Assembly (NCBI GenBank): GCA_037446695.1
Contig: JBBIHY010000001.1
Coordinates: 213,235 to 277,234, forward strand
DNA length: 64,000 bases
Origin: Bacteroidota bacterium
GTDB lineage: Bacteria; Bacteroidota; Bacteroidia; Bacteroidales; PUMT01
Reading direction: 5' to 3'
Each line of letters opens with the position of its first letter. Position 1 is the stretch's first letter. The position numbers and the translations under genes were made by a program. A model generated the notes under the pieces. The model was not told the origin of the DNA. It saw only the letters and a program-made list of their open reading frames with translations, and ran no database searches. Below, one piece after another: positions 19,480 through 29,904 of the stretch.

Positions 19480-19851
19480 ATGCGGAAAAAATCAGCGAAA
19501 GAAGAAAGCACATTACTGAATAACATATTTGAAGGTATTTTAAAAATTAAGGGAAAGAGAATCACAAGCATCCATCTCGGGAAATTAGAGAACGCCATCT
19601 GCGATTATTTTGTAATCTGTTCAGGCGATTCCAATACACAGGTGAGCAGCATCGCCTACTCGGTGATTGAGGTGGTTAGAGAAAATACAGGCGTTAAGCC
19701 TTACCACAGTGAAGGTTACGAAAATGCACATTGGATATTGATTGATTATGGCTCTGTGGTGGTGCATGTATTCCAAAACACATACAGGGATTTTTATAAA
19801 CTCGAGGACCTGTGGGCTGATGGTGATATTACTTTGGTTACAAAAGATTAG
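19480..19851 (+). CDS. rsfS: ribosome silencing factor
   Basis: 123 aa with CDYFVICSGDSNTQV, W.LIDYGSVVVHVF and YKLEDLW. Confidence 0.9.
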   Translation: MRKKSAKEESTLLNNIFEGILKIKGKRITSIHLGKLENAICDYFVICSGDSNTQVSSIAYSVIEVVRENTGVKPYHSEGYENAHWILIDYGSVVVHVFQNTYRDFYKLEDLWADGDITLVTKD

Positions 19852-19871
19852 AAAGAATTAATGAAAAGAAA

Positions 19872-21920
19872 ATGAGCGAAAACAATCAAAATAGAGGGTT
19901 TGGCGCCAGGCCTGATGGCTCCGGCAACAGCGAGAAAAACAGACCAAAATTCAATTTTTACTGGATTTACGGGATCATTGCCATTGGGATCATTGCCATG
20001 CAGTTTTTAAACCTGGGGAACAAGCCCCAAAAAACTCTTCCAAGAGATTTTTTTGCAATGGTTCAGCGTGGTGATGTTGAAAATGTTGAAATCGTTAATG
20101 ATAAGTTTGCTAGGATTTATATTCGGAAAGAACTTCTTGAAACTCCTGCATATAATCATCTCTTTGAAAAGCGTTTCGGAGCACCATCACCGGCTGGACC
20201 ACACTATATCCTGAATACAGGTCCAGTTGATCGTTTTGTTCAAGATATTAGAGATGCTCAAAAAGTGGATGGGAAAAGTGATGAAATAAGTATTGAGTAT
20301 TTGTCTGAAAGAGATATACTTGGAGATGTATTAAGTTGGGTTCTGCCTATTATGATTCTGGTGGCAGTGTGGCTTTTCATATTCCGCCGGATGAGCTCGG
20401 CTGCCGGAGGTGGAGCAGGAAATATTTTCAATGTTGGCAAATCCAAGGCCAAGATGTTCGACCGTGAGTCGAATGTAAAAACCGATTTCAAGGATGTTGC
20501 AGGCCTGGAGGAGGCAAAATTGGAGGTAAAGGAGATCGTGGATTTTCTTAAGAATCCTCAGAAATACACACAACTTGGCGGAAAAATTCCCAAAGGTGTA
20601 CTGCTGGTAGGCCCCCCGGGTACGGGTAAAACATTGCTGGCAAAAGCCGTTGCCGGTGAAGCCAATGTGCCGTTTTTCTCCATCTCAGGATCTGATTTCG
20701 TGGAAATGTTCGTGGGGGTCGGTGCTTCAAGGGTGCGCGACCTGTTCAAACAGGCCAAGGAGAAGGCTCCCTGTATTGTATTCATTGATGAGATTGACGC
20801 AGTGGGCAGGGCAAGGGGCAAAAACCCGGGTTTCAGTGCCAACGATGAAAGGGAAAATACCCTTAACCAGTTGCTCACCGAGATGGATGGCTTTGAAGCC
20901 AACCTTGGGGTAATTGTTCTGGCTGCCACCAACCGTGCCGATGTGCTGGACCGAGCACTTTTGCGTGCGGGAAGGTTTGACAGGCAAATCTATGTAGAAC
21001 TGCCTGATTTGAATGAGAGGAGAGAGATTTTCGGGGTACATCTGAGGCCTATCAAGCTGGAGGATAACCTGGACCTGGAATTTTTGGCCAAACAGACTCC
21101 CGGTTTTTCGGGTGCCGATATTGCCAATGTATGTAATGAAGCAGCACTGATTGCAGCCCGTAAGGACAAGAAAAAGGTGGAGAAGCAGGATTTTCTTGAT
21201 GCCATTGATCGAATAGTGGGCGGACTGGAGCGGAAGAACAAAATCGTTTCGCTCAACGAGAAAAGAACCATCGCCTATCATGAAGCAGGCCATGCCACCG
21301 TTAGCTGGTTGCTTGAGCATGCCAATCCGCTTGTAAAAGTCACAATCATTCCCAGGGGGAAGGCCCTTGGTGCTGCCTGGTATTTACCCGAAGAAAGACA
21401 AATAACAACCACTGAGCAGTTGCTGGATGAAATGGCTGTTGCCTTGGGTGGCAGAGCCTCGGAGGAAGTTAATTTTGGCAAGGTTTCAACCGGTGCACTC
21501 AACGATCTGGAGCGTGTGACCAAACAGGCCTATGCCATGGTGGCGTATTTTGGCATGAGCCCGAAACTGGGGAACAGGAGTTTTTACGATTCCTCAGGGC
21601 AAACCGAATATTCCTTTACAAAACCCTACAGTGAAAAAACAGCCGAGTTGATTGACCAGGAAGTAAACGAGCTGGTTTCTTCGGCTTATGAGAGGGCGAA
21701 GGATATATTAAGGAAAAACCAGTATGGGCTCAATCAGCTTGCAGATTTGTTACTTGAAAAAGAAGTGATTTTCAGTGAGGATCTGGAAAAAATATTTGGC
21801 GAACGCAAAGTGGCCAAAAAAGATTCCGGTGGTTCAGAATTTATGACTGGAATTAAAAAAATCAATGTAGATAAACCGGCAACCAGGAGAAATAAAAAGG
21901 CTGATAATTCTGAAAACTGA
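19872..21920 (+). CDS. ftsH: ATP-dependent zinc metalloprotease FtsH
   Basis: 682 aa. It has Walker A GPPGTGKT, the SRH region, and the HEAGH zinc site. Confidence 0.97.
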   Translation: MSENNQNRGFGARPDGSGNSEKNRPKFNFYWIYGIIAIGIIAMQFLNLGNKPQKTLPRDFFAMVQRGDVENVEIVNDKFARIYIRKELLETPAYNHLFEKRFGAPSPAGPHYILNTGPVDRFVQDIRDAQKVDGKSDEISIEYLSERDILGDVLSWVLPIMILVAVWLFIFRRMSSAAGGGAGNIFNVGKSKAKMFDRESNVKTDFKDVAGLEEAKLEVKEIVDFLKNPQKYTQLGGKIPKGVLLVGPPGTGKTLLAKAVAGEANVPFFSISGSDFVEMFVGVGASRVRDLFKQAKEKAPCIVFIDEIDAVGRARGKNPGFSANDERENTLNQLLTEMDGFEANLGVIVLAATNRADVLDRALLRAGRFDRQIYVELPDLNERREIFGVHLRPIKLEDNLDLEFLAKQTPGFSGADIANVCNEAALIAARKDKKKVEKQDFLDAIDRIVGGLERKNKIVSLNEKRTIAYHEAGHATVSWLLEHANPLVKVTIIPRGKALGAAWYLPEERQITTTEQLLDEMAVALGGRASEEVNFGKVSTGALNDLERVTKQAYAMVAYFGMSPKLGNRSFYDSSGQTEYSFTKPYSEKTAELIDQEVNELVSSAYERAKDILRKNQYGLNQLADLLLEKEVIFSEDLEKIFGERKVAKKDSGGSEFMTGIKKINVDKPATRRNKKADNSEN

Positions 21921-21924
21921 AAAA

Positions 21925-22131
21925 ATGGAAAAAGACTGGGTGGTTGTTTTTGAAACCGATCAGCCCTACCGTGCTGATATCATTTTACAGATGCTGCAGG
22001 GCGAGGGTATTGAAGCTGTGCTGATGAATAAAAAGGACAGTTCATACGTTGTGCTTGGAGAGGCCGAAGTTCTGGTAAGTAGCGGGTCTTCGGCCAGGGC
22101 ATTGGAGCTGATTAAAAATTTGGAGTTTTGA
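21925..22131 (+). CDS. small DUF2007-like protein
   Basis: 68 aa, tightly packed between ftsH and cdsA. Confidence 0.45.
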   Translation: MEKDWVVVFETDQPYRADIILQMLQGEGIEAVLMNKKDSSYVVLGEAEVLVSSGSSARALELIKNLEF

Positions 22132-22961
22132 AAGATCTTTATAAAAGAACCCTCACCGGGGCTATCCTTGTGATATTGCTCTATGCAGCCCTGTTTGCCG
22201 GGCCGGTTACTTTTTTTATTTTCTTTTCCATTTTAAACCTGTTAGGACTTTGGGAGTTTTACGGCATGATTAAAAATCCCGGGTGCATTCCCCAGAAGTG
22301 GGCCGGAATAACCGCAGGAGTTCTTTCGCTTACCATACTTTACTTCGTAACCTCGGGATTGTTGCCAATGGAATTTGTTTCCCTTTTGGTTCCAATTGCT
22401 TTTATGCTTCTGCTTATTGAACTATACAGGAAAACCGACCAGCCGGTAGTAAATGTGGGACTGTCACTTTTTGCGTTGCTTTACATTACCGTTCCGGTTG
22501 GTGTTTTGGGTTTTATGGCCTATGCTCCTGGTGAAAACGGATTGGTTTCCTACAGTCCCTGGATCGTAGGTACATACTTTCTGTTGATTATGGTAAACGA
22601 TACTGCCGGGTACCTGGTAGGTGTACCCTTTGGCAAAAACAGGCTTTTTGAAAGGATTTCACCAAAGAAATCATGGGAGGGAGCCATAGGAGGCCTGGTT
22701 TTTACGCTACTCGCATCCTGGCTGATTTCCATGCACCTGACAGAACTTTCAACATCTGAATGGTTGGTTGTTGGATTCCTTGTGGTATTATTCGGTACTT
22801 TTGGCGACCTGGTTGAATCCATGTTCAAGAGAAGCCTTAACCTCAAAGACTCAGGAAGTATTTTCCCCGGACATGGCGGAATCCTTGATCGATATGATGC
22901 TGTTTTCATCTCAGCACCTTTTGTGGTTGCGTATCTTAAACTATTTGTCTGGAACTCATGA
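22128..22961 (+). CDS. cdsA: phosphatidate cytidylyltransferase
   Basis: 277-aa polytopic protein with the C-terminal signature SMFKRSLNLKDSGSIFPGHGGILDRYD. TTG start. Confidence 0.85.
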   Translation: MKDLYKRTLTGAILVILLYAALFAGPVTFFIFFSILNLLGLWEFYGMIKNPGCIPQKWAGITAGVLSLTILYFVTSGLLPMEFVSLLVPIAFMLLLIELYRKTDQPVVNVGLSLFALLYITVPVGVLGFMAYAPGENGLVSYSPWIVGTYFLLIMVNDTAGYLVGVPFGKNRLFERISPKKSWEGAIGGLVFTLLASWLISMHLTELSTSEWLVVGFLVVLFGTFGDLVESMFKRSLNLKDSGSIFPGHGGILDRYDAVFISAPFVVAYLKLFVWNS

Positions 22962-23626
22962 TTTCATTTATACATAAAGAAGGGAAGGGAATACTGACAG
23001 GATTGTTCCTTGTTCTCATTCTTGTTAACCTTTTGGTTTATTTCTCCATTGGAAGGGCCAGCAACCTGTTTCTTTTTATTGCTGCTTTATCTGTTATCTT
23101 TTATCTTTTCAACCTTTGGTTTTTCAGGCAGCCCAATAGGCCTGTTACTCCTGACAATAATCTGATTCTTGCCCCTGCCGACGGGAAAATCATTGCCATT
23201 GAAGAAGTTTTTGAGCCGGAGTATTTTAAGGAAAAGAGACTCCAGGTATCTATTTTCATGTCACCTTTGAATGTTCATGTGAACCGTTACCCGGTGAGCG
23301 GAAATGTAAAATACTTCAAATATCACAAGGGAAAATATCTTCTGGCCTGGCACCCGAAATCCTCTGAACTCAATGAAAGAACCACACTGGTGATCGAAAA
23401 CCATCATGGCGAGATTCTTTTACGCCAGATTGCCGGGGTTCTTGCCCGCAGAATTGTTTATTACCCCAGTGAAGGGGATGCCGTAATCCAGGGCCAGGAC
23501 CTGGGATTTATTAAATTCGGCTCCCGTGTAGATTTATTCCTGCCTGTTAATTCCGTTGAACTGAAAATTTCTTTGAACCAGAAAGTCACTGGTAATCAGA
23601 CTATAATAGCGATAAATAAGAATTAA
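22958..23626 (+). CDS. psd: phosphatidylserine decarboxylase proenzyme
   Basis: 222 aa with the self-cleavage context GFIKFGSRVD. Its ATG overlaps the cdsA stop. Confidence 0.9.
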   Translation: MISFIHKEGKGILTGLFLVLILVNLLVYFSIGRASNLFLFIAALSVIFYLFNLWFFRQPNRPVTPDNNLILAPADGKIIAIEEVFEPEYFKEKRLQVSIFMSPLNVHVNRYPVSGNVKYFKYHKGKYLLAWHPKSSELNERTTLVIENHHGEILLRQIAGVLARRIVYYPSEGDAVIQGQDLGFIKFGSRVDLFLPVNSVELKISLNQKVTGNQTIIAINKN

Positions 23627-23683
23627 AGATGCCTAGGTGTAAGTTTTAACATTTCATTAACAAACTTTTATATTTCTCCTGCG

Positions 23684-23691
23684 TATATTTG
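23684..23691 (+). promoter_or_regulatory. Bacteroidota-type -7 box (TAnnTTTG)
   Basis: TATATTTG 27 nt upstream of ATG 23718. Confidence 0.3.
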
Positions 23692-23717
23692 TTCTAAATA
23701 AACTAAAAATTCAAGTC

Positions 23718-24029
23718 ATGAAAAAAGCATTTATGTTAATAGCCCTTGTGGCATTTATTGGAGTGAGCATTGCCCCTGCATTAGCAATGGTAAACGATGT
23801 GGTAATCGTTGAGGTTGAAAAGGAAAACCCTAAGAAAGCCACAAAAGAAGTGAAGAAATCAGAGTGCAAAACTGCTGAGAAGGCTGCATGCGAAACCAAA
23901 AAGAAATCTGAAGCTAAATCAGGTTGTGCTGCTGCCTGCGAATCAAAAGGCAAAACTGCAGCTGAAAAAGAAGCAGCTTGTGAAACTTCAACAAAAACTG
24001 CTGCTAAAAAGCAAGAAGAGAAGAAATAA
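23718..24029 (+). CDS. small secreted Lys/Ala/Cys-rich repeat protein (hypothetical)
   Basis: Signal peptide MKKAFMLIALVAFIGVSIAPALA, followed by three AAC-E-(T/S) repeats and a lysine-rich low-complexity region. Flanked by a promoter box and a terminator. Confidence 0.5.
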   Translation: MKKAFMLIALVAFIGVSIAPALAMVNDVVIVEVEKENPKKATKEVKKSECKTAEKAACETKKKSEAKSGCAAACESKGKTAAEKEAACETSTKTAAKKQEEKK

Positions 24030-24051
24030 TCATTTCTTTCAGGAAATTAAA

Positions 24052-24080
24052 CCTGTCTCAATTTTTGAGACGGGTTTTTT
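24052..24080 (+). terminator. rho-independent terminator
   Basis: cctgtctca-atttt-tgagacggg hairpin followed by T6. Confidence 0.7.
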
Positions 24081-24260
24081 ATTTCTTAATCTCTGGGTAC
24101 TGCTTTAATAGCTTATTCGCTAAGAAGTTGGCTAAGTGGTTATTATTAAGCTATCTCAAAAGCATTGACAGCCTTCAATTTCAAATTGGCTAGGCTTTTT
24201 TAGAGTTTTATTCCCGGCAGCTTCAGATGGCGGAAAATCAATCCGGCCATTTTACTCCCC

Positions 24261-24342
24261 GGGCTTAAGCCCCATGATTACAAAATGCGGCTAAAGCCTG
24301 TACTTTTTGTCAATTCCTTTTACCGTTGGCTGAAGCCAACGG
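24261..24342 (+). repeat. cluster of three GC-stem hairpins sharing the core GGC-TNAA-GCC
   Basis: gggcTTAAgccc (24261-24272), ggcTAAAgcc (24289-24298) and ccgttggcTGAAgccaacgg (24323-24342). Confidence 0.5.
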
Positions 24343-24551
24343 AAATTTCAGATTAGATAAGCTTTTTAAGGACTTAATTCTCATTTTGTTATTACGCCCA
24401 CTCTATATTTTACGGGAATAATCGGGACTGCAGCCCGATGGTTTTCGGAAGCCGGAATCTTTTTACCTAACTGTAAATTCTTTACAGTGAATCTTCCGTT
24501 TCCTTTTCGTTGATAAATCGGTTTTTCCTTTCTCCCGCCGGGGTAAAATAT

Positions 24552-24559
24552 TATATTTG
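24552..24559 (+). promoter_or_regulatory. Bacteroidota-type -7 box (TAnnTTTG)
   Basis: TATATTTG 31 nt upstream of ATG 24590. Confidence 0.35.
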
Positions 24560-24589
24560 TCCTCTGATACAAATTAAACAAGAACAAGC

Positions 24590-25813
24590 ATGAAAGCACC
24601 TGATAACAGAGTACTTGACATTACCCCCGATGTAAAATGGATTGGCATCCTTGATTATGATATCGTTACTTTCGATATTGTAATGGAAACCGAGTACGGA
24701 ACTACCTACAACTCCTATTTTATAAATGCCGAAAAGAAAACCATCATTGAAACCTCCAAGGAAAAATTCTGGGACACTTACCTGGCAAAGATTCAACAGG
24801 TAACCAGTCCTGCTGAGATTGAGTATATAGTACTTAACCATACAGAGCCCGATCACAGCGGTAATCTGGGCAACCTGCTGAAACTTGCACCCAATGCAAT
24901 TGTGGTTGGTTCGGGGAACGCAATCAGGTACCTTGAGGATATTGTTGGCTTTGAATTCAAATTCCTGAAGGTGAAGGACGGAGATACCCTTGATTTGGGA
25001 AATAAAACACTCAGGTTCATCTCGGCTCCCAACCTGCACTGGCCCGACAGTATGTACACATGGCTGGAGGAAGACAAGGTGCTGTTTACCTGCGATTCCT
25101 TCGGGGCGCATTTTGCACATCCCGAAATGTTTGACGACCTGGTGGTGAATTACGACGATGCTTTTAAATACTACTTTGATGTGATTCTGAAACCCTATGC
25201 AAAGTTCATGCTCAAGGCCATTGAAAAAATCCGTCCGCTGGATATCAGGGTGATTGGAACCGGCCATGGCCCTATTTTGCGCTCCACCTGGAAAAAATAT
25301 GTGGACCTGTCGGAAAAATACTCACGGGAATATCTGGCTGAAGCGGAAAGCGAAAGAAACCGTGTGCTTATCACCTACGTGTCGGCCTACGGTTACACCG
25401 GAGAAATGGCCGGCTATATTGCCGAGGGAATTCGTGAGGCAGCCATGGATGTGGAAGTAGACATAGCCGATATTGAAAAAATGAGCCTGGGTGATATGGA
25501 ATCCAGGCTGGTGTGGGCCAACTCCATTCTGGTAGGCTCTCCCACCATTAACCAGAATACCCTATTACCTGTTTATAAACTCTTTGCCGTGATGAATCCC
25601 ATACGCGACAAGGGCAAACTCGCTGCATCTTTTGGATCCTACGGCTGGAGTGGTGAGGCAGTAAAGCTCATTGAAGATCACCTGAAAAACCTGAAATTGA
25701 AAGTGATGGAAGGTGGTTTCGCTTCGAAATTTTACCCCCATGAGAACAAAGCCGGGGACCTGAGGGAGTTTGGCCGCAGGTTCGCCGGGGAGTTGCTCAA
25801 AAGCGTCAATTAG
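24590..25813 (+). CDS. flavodiiron protein (rubredoxin:oxygen / NO reductase type)
   Basis: 407 aa. The N-terminal metallo-beta-lactamase-like domain has [10 protein letters not shown]. The C-terminal domain is flavodoxin-like ([16 protein letters not shown]). Confidence 0.9.
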   Translation: MKAPDNRVLDITPDVKWIGILDYDIVTFDIVMETEYGTTYNSYFINAEKKTIIETSKEKFWDTYLAKIQQVTSPAEIEYIVLNHTEPDHSGNLGNLLKLAPNAIVVGSGNAIRYLEDIVGFEFKFLKVKDGDTLDLGNKTLRFISAPNLHWPDSMYTWLEEDKVLFTCDSFGAHFAHPEMFDDLVVNYDDAFKYYFDVILKPYAKFMLKAIEKIRPLDIRVIGTGHGPILRSTWKKYVDLSEKYSREYLAEAESERNRVLITYVSAYGYTGEMAGYIAEGIREAAMDVEVDIADIEKMSLGDMESRLVWANSILVGSPTINQNTLLPVYKLFAVMNPIRDKGKLAASFGSYGWSGEAVKLIEDHLKNLKLKVMEGGFASKFYPHENKAGDLREFGRRFAGELLKSVN

Positions 25814-25927
25814 TGTCCTGCTCCTGCGGACAGGTTGTCTGCACGAGATTCTCAATTTAAAAGGCGCAGACAATATGTATGCATCAGCTATGCCAGCTCC
25901 GTTTTAACGGTATTTGAATAATTGAAA

Positions 25928-26866
25928 TCAGATAAAGAATAGTGCCACACCGCCTATTGCTATAAATGCACCCAGTACTTCACGGAAGGTAATTTTCTCC
26001 TTGAAAAAAATGATAGCCGGTGCTATGATCAGCACAGGCACAATGGCCATAATGGTAGATGCGATTCCTGTTGAGGTATGTTTCACGGCCATGAGTGAGA
26101 AAGTAACACCCAGGAAAGGCCCGAAAAACGCACCAATGGTCAGGCGGCGCATGGCAACACGGTTTTTAAAGGCTTCTTTCAGCCTGACCCACCTGCCAAG
26201 TACGGTAAAAATGAATGCAAAACCAATTACCCCGGTAATCACCCTGATTTGAGTGGCAGCCACGGTATCATAATCGGCCATCCCGTATTTGCTCAAAACC
26301 AATCCGCCTGCCTGTCCGGCTGCACCACCAAAAGCAAGCAGCAGGCCTTTCAACGGGTAGGAGAATTTTATTTTCCTTTTCTTCTTTTTTAAGAGGGCCT
26401 TGTCCAGGAAATCTTGTAGATCATGCATTTTGCGTTCAAGAATTACAATGGCTATTCCAGTTAGGGTGAGAATCATACCCAGGATATTCTGCCCTGTCAT
26501 GGTTTCCCCCATTACCATCCATCCAATCAGGGCGGCCATGGGCGGTGCAAGAGACATGATGAGCATGGAGATACGCGCACTCAGCACAACGTAAGACTTG
26601 AACAGAAACAGGTCACCCAGCACAAAACCAATCAGTCCGGATACCGAAAGCCAAATCCAGTTATGGGTAGAGGCTCCAAGTGGTAAAAAAGTACCCCTTG
26701 CATAAAGCGACCATGCTCCCAGGAAAATGAAGGCCATGCACAACCTGATGAGGTTGACCGACAGGGAGCCGATTTTTTTACTGGCCGATTCAAAGGCAAG
26801 GGCCGTAACCGTCCAGAATACAGCCGTAAGCAGTGCGGCAAATTCGCCCAGGTGGGATTGTAACAT
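25928..26866 (-). CDS. EamA/DMT-family transporter
   Basis: Two EamA-like 5-TM halves joined by a basic linker (KKKKRKIK). The start is probably MLQSHLGEF at 26866; the track ORF extends to 26935. Confidence 0.75.
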   Translation of the reverse strand: MLQSHLGEFAALLTAVFWTVTALAFESASKKIGSLSVNLIRLCMAFIFLGAWSLYARGTFLPLGASTHNWIWLSVSGLIGFVLGDLFLFKSYVVLSARISMLIMSLAPPMAALIGWMVMGETMTGQNILGMILTLTGIAIVILERKMHDLQDFLDKALLKKKKRKIKFSYPLKGLLLAFGGAAGQAGGLVLSKYGMADYDTVAATQIRVITGVIGFAFIFTVLGRWVRLKEAFKNRVAMRRLTIGAFFGPFLGVTFSLMAVKHTSTGIASTIMAIVPVLIIAPAIIFFKEKITFREVLGAFIAIGGVALFFI

Positions 26867-27059
26867 AAGTGTTATTATGATGTGCAAAAGTAGTGATTTG
26901 AAGGACTCAAAAATGTTACTCCTTTCAATCATCATAAAAACAATTGTATCTTAACAAATTTTAACAAGATTCGTATTTTTCTGTTGTGATACAAAATTGT
27001 TCTGTATTTTCAGGTATTTTCTGTTAAATGGTTAATTTTGGTTCATTAACCCTGTCGAA

Positions 27060-28166
27060 ATGAAAGAAGGAATAGGCAAATACATACTGATTGGTTTAGG
27101 TATTGCCGCACTGGTTTTAATTTTCTGGTATTTCTGGTTGATAATCGCTTACATTCTAATTGCAGTGGTGTTGTCACTTGTAGGGAAGCCCCTTGTGGAC
27201 CTGCTGAATAAGGTCAGGTATAGGAAGTTTTATTTACCGGTTTGGTTCAATGCGCTGGTTACTGTGATAGTGTTATGGGGATTGTTTTTTCTTTTCTTCC
27301 GGTTATTTGTGCCCGTTGTTGCCAGCCAGGCCAGTAGCCTTGCAAAGATAGATGTAGAGGCAGTTGTAAGTAACATTGAAGAGCCCATGCAGCAGTTGGA
27401 TCAAATTCTTCAAAGCCTGAACCTGGACGAATTCCGCGATAAATCTTTGCCTGACTTTGCGAAGGAAAAGCTGGGTGAAATCCTCAATTTCAATGTAATC
27501 TCAGGCTTTTTTGGAGGACTTGCCACACTTTTGGGTAACGTATTCATTGCAGTTTTTTCAATCACCTTTATTACTTTCTTTTTTCTGAAGGACAACGATT
27601 TGTTTGTGGAAGGGGTTATCGTTCTGGTTCCTTCAAAGCATGAGAAGGCCACCCGGAAGGTAATTTCATCCATTAAATACCTTTTGACCAGGTATTTTGC
27701 AGGTATACTCCTGCAGATAACCTGCATTATTATCCTTATTACAATTGGGCTGTGGATTGTGGGTGTCGGATTTCAGACTGCCCTGGTAATTGGCCTGCTG
27801 GTTGGGGTTTTCAACGTGATTCCTTATGTTGGACCACTGATTGGGATGATTCTTGGGCTTTCTATTGGCATTGTCACCCACCTGGAGATGAACTTCTATA
27901 CCGAGATGTTGCCTATGCTGGGATTCATGTTGCTGGTTTTCATCCTTGTGCAGGTGATAGACAATATTTTGTTTCAGCCATTGATTTATGCCAGCAGTGT
28001 GTTGGCCCATCCGCTTGAGATTTTCCTTGTTTTGCTCATTGCAGGAAGTGTTGCAGGGATACTGGGAATGTTTCTTGCCATACCGGCTTATACGGTTATT
28101 CGTGTGATTGCCAAGGAGTTTTTCAATAACTTTAAGCTGGTAAAACGATTAACTGAAAATATTTAA
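27060..28166 (+). CDS. AI-2E family transporter (PerM/UPF0118)
   Basis: 368-aa polytopic protein with the conserved C-terminal VIPYVGPLIG and HPLEIFLVLL segments. Confidence 0.8.
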   Translation: MKEGIGKYILIGLGIAALVLIFWYFWLIIAYILIAVVLSLVGKPLVDLLNKVRYRKFYLPVWFNALVTVIVLWGLFFLFFRLFVPVVASQASSLAKIDVEAVVSNIEEPMQQLDQILQSLNLDEFRDKSLPDFAKEKLGEILNFNVISGFFGGLATLLGNVFIAVFSITFITFFFLKDNDLFVEGVIVLVPSKHEKATRKVISSIKYLLTRYFAGILLQITCIIILITIGLWIVGVGFQTALVIGLLVGVFNVIPYVGPLIGMILGLSIGIVTHLEMNFYTEMLPMLGFMLLVFILVQVIDNILFQPLIYASSVLAHPLEIFLVLLIAGSVAGILGMFLAIPAYTVIRVIAKEFFNNFKLVKRLTENI

Positions 28167-28201
28167 TAAATTGCAGTTTGAATTTTAATCCCTATCGCCG
28201 A

Positions 28202-28798
28202 ATGAGAACCACCCTGCATATTTTTCTTTTTACCTTAGCCATATTGTGGTGTCGTTTTTCCATTGCACAGGATGCTACTTTTACTTTCCAGGTAAGCAGC
28301 CTGCAAACCTACACAGTCACTTTTACTGCCACTGGTCATGTTATGGCCGATACCCTTTCATTTACATTCAACTGGGATTTTGGTGATGGCAATACTGGCA
28401 ACTACCCCTTTGTTCAGCACAGGTATTCCGCTGCAGGTACATATACGGTGACACTTAGCGTGCAGGATAACAATTCAATGGTAACTGACTCCTATTCACT
28501 TGCGGTTACCATCACAGATGAATTTGATGTACCCAATGTTTTTACACCTGACGATGACGGAATCAACGACCAGTTCATTATTCAGTCAAACGGTTTTACT
28601 CCTCTTACCGTAAACATTTTTAACAGGGCCGGCAGCGTTGTGTTTAAGAAAACTGCCCCCACTGTTGCCTGGGACGGCAGAACTCCCTCTGGTGACAGGG
28701 CAAGGCCAGGTGTTTACTATTATGTGATTACTTCCGAGGATGCATTCTATAACAAAACAGGATTTGTACATCTGTTTTATGGAAAGGGTAGCAGGTAA
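28202..28798 (+). CDS. PKD-domain protein with a T9SS type-B (gliding-motility-associated) C-terminal sorting domain
   Basis: Signal peptide MRTTLHIFLFTLAILW, a PKD-like WDFGDGNTG, and the CTD VPNVFTPDDDGINDQF...WDGRT...GVYYYVI. Confidence 0.8.
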   Translation: MRTTLHIFLFTLAILWCRFSIAQDATFTFQVSSLQTYTVTFTATGHVMADTLSFTFNWDFGDGNTGNYPFVQHRYSAAGTYTVTLSVQDNNSMVTDSYSLAVTITDEFDVPNVFTPDDDGINDQFIIQSNGFTPLTVNIFNRAGSVVFKKTAPTVAWDGRTPSGDRARPGVYYYVITSEDAFYNKTGFVHLFYGKGSR

Positions 28799-28822
28799 AT
28801 CAGCAATCCACAACATATAAAA

Positions 28823-28847
28823 AGCCCTCTTCTTGGAGGGCTTTTTC
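28823..28847 (+). terminator. rho-independent terminator
   Basis: agccctc-ttcttg-gagggct hairpin followed by T5. Confidence 0.7.
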
Positions 28848-28878
28848 TTTTGGTAATTAAAATTATACCAATTCTAAA

Positions 28879-29666
28879 GGCTCTAGACTATGAAATTAAT
28901 TTAACATTATTTTGATGATGTTTTGGTGGAACTGGAAATAACTCGTTTTTTGAGTTATTCCCGTTTCAACAAAAGCACTAGTTCTTTGAAGATCTGTTCT
29001 TCCGACTTCTTCCATCGCCACTCGCATTCCTTGAGGTGCAAGTCAAAGTGAACTTTTGCACCGTTGAACCTGGGCAATCGTCTCTTGGTGAAACTCCAAA
29101 AGGATTCAATGCCATTGATATGAACCCCTTTGCCGTTAGAGAAATGCTTGGACTTATTGACCCTGAAGTGCTTGTTGTAGCCTACGTCAACCAGCCCATC
29201 ATAGCCCCTCCAGCCATCGGAGTATACAACGGCATCCACGCTTACCCGCTTGAGAATAACCTGCTGGAGCGATTTACGGCTACTATCGGGAATAAGCTCG
29301 GTGTAAACCGCTCCGCTGCGCTCAAATACACCGAAAACAGGACGCTTTCATGTACCTCGGCCTATCTTGTGGATGCCACTTTACCCCTGATGCGCTTGGA
29401 CCAGAAATAGGCTTCGTCAAACTCTACCTCTTTAGTAAGCAGCATCGACTGTAGGGTCTCAATTCTCGAACGATAAATGGTTGCGCGAAACAATTTGTAG
29501 AGTCGATTTATAGTGTTGCGATTAAGACCTAACAGGTACGCAGTCTTAGTGGCATCTAAATCGGCACAATAATGTCGAAGAACTTTTTTAATTTTGTAAT
29601 CGCTGATTTTACTATATTTTACAAGGCTCATAGGGCAAAGTTATAAACTTTTCCTAGTCTTAAGCC
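28879..29666 (-). mobile_element. degenerate IS1595-family (ISXO2-like) insertion sequence, 788 bp
   Basis: Terminal IRs GGCTCTAGACTA / TAGTCTTAAGCC, 10 of 12 complementary. The transposase is split: the HTH N-terminus is 29631-29362 and the DDE part (VVYSDGWRGYDGL, INGIESFWSF) is 29239-28955. There is one frameshift and an in-frame TGA at 29348-29350. Confidence 0.75.
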
Positions 29667-29904
29667 TATTAAAATCACTTTGTGAAACAAATTTGAAAAA
29701 CCTATCCAGTTCTCGCTGTATAGAACTTTTGAACATGATGATGAGTAGGATTAGATTTTTTAAAGTTAATTTCCGCTCCTTTGAGAATACCCCTTTTCCG
29801 CCGTCTTCAGAACGGCTCGCAAACTCTTCATTACCAAGTTCATAGCTTATATGTTCGTTAAGATTTTCTCTATAATTAGTTCTTTGGTGAATTTTTGGGT
29901 TACC
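29667..29904 (-). pseudogene. remnant of another transposase N-terminus (IS4-like), truncated by the IS1595 insertion
   Basis: The minus frame without ATG reads ...FSKERKLTLKNLILLIIMFKSSIQRELDRFFKFVSQ and runs into the IS end. The pattern F.R.RKL.F..LI..I...K.S.Q.EL..FF is typical of IS4-type N-termini (from memory). Confidence 0.3.

Noticed and set aside
24551-25267. 238-aa minus-strand ORF overlapping the flavodiiron gene; similar cases at 41285-41920 (211 aa), 7696-8325 (209 aa) and 20727-21320 (197 aa)
   Set aside because: All are antisense to genes with clear family motifs (FDP, MltD, the 390-aa ORF, FtsH). None has a recognisable motif of its own.
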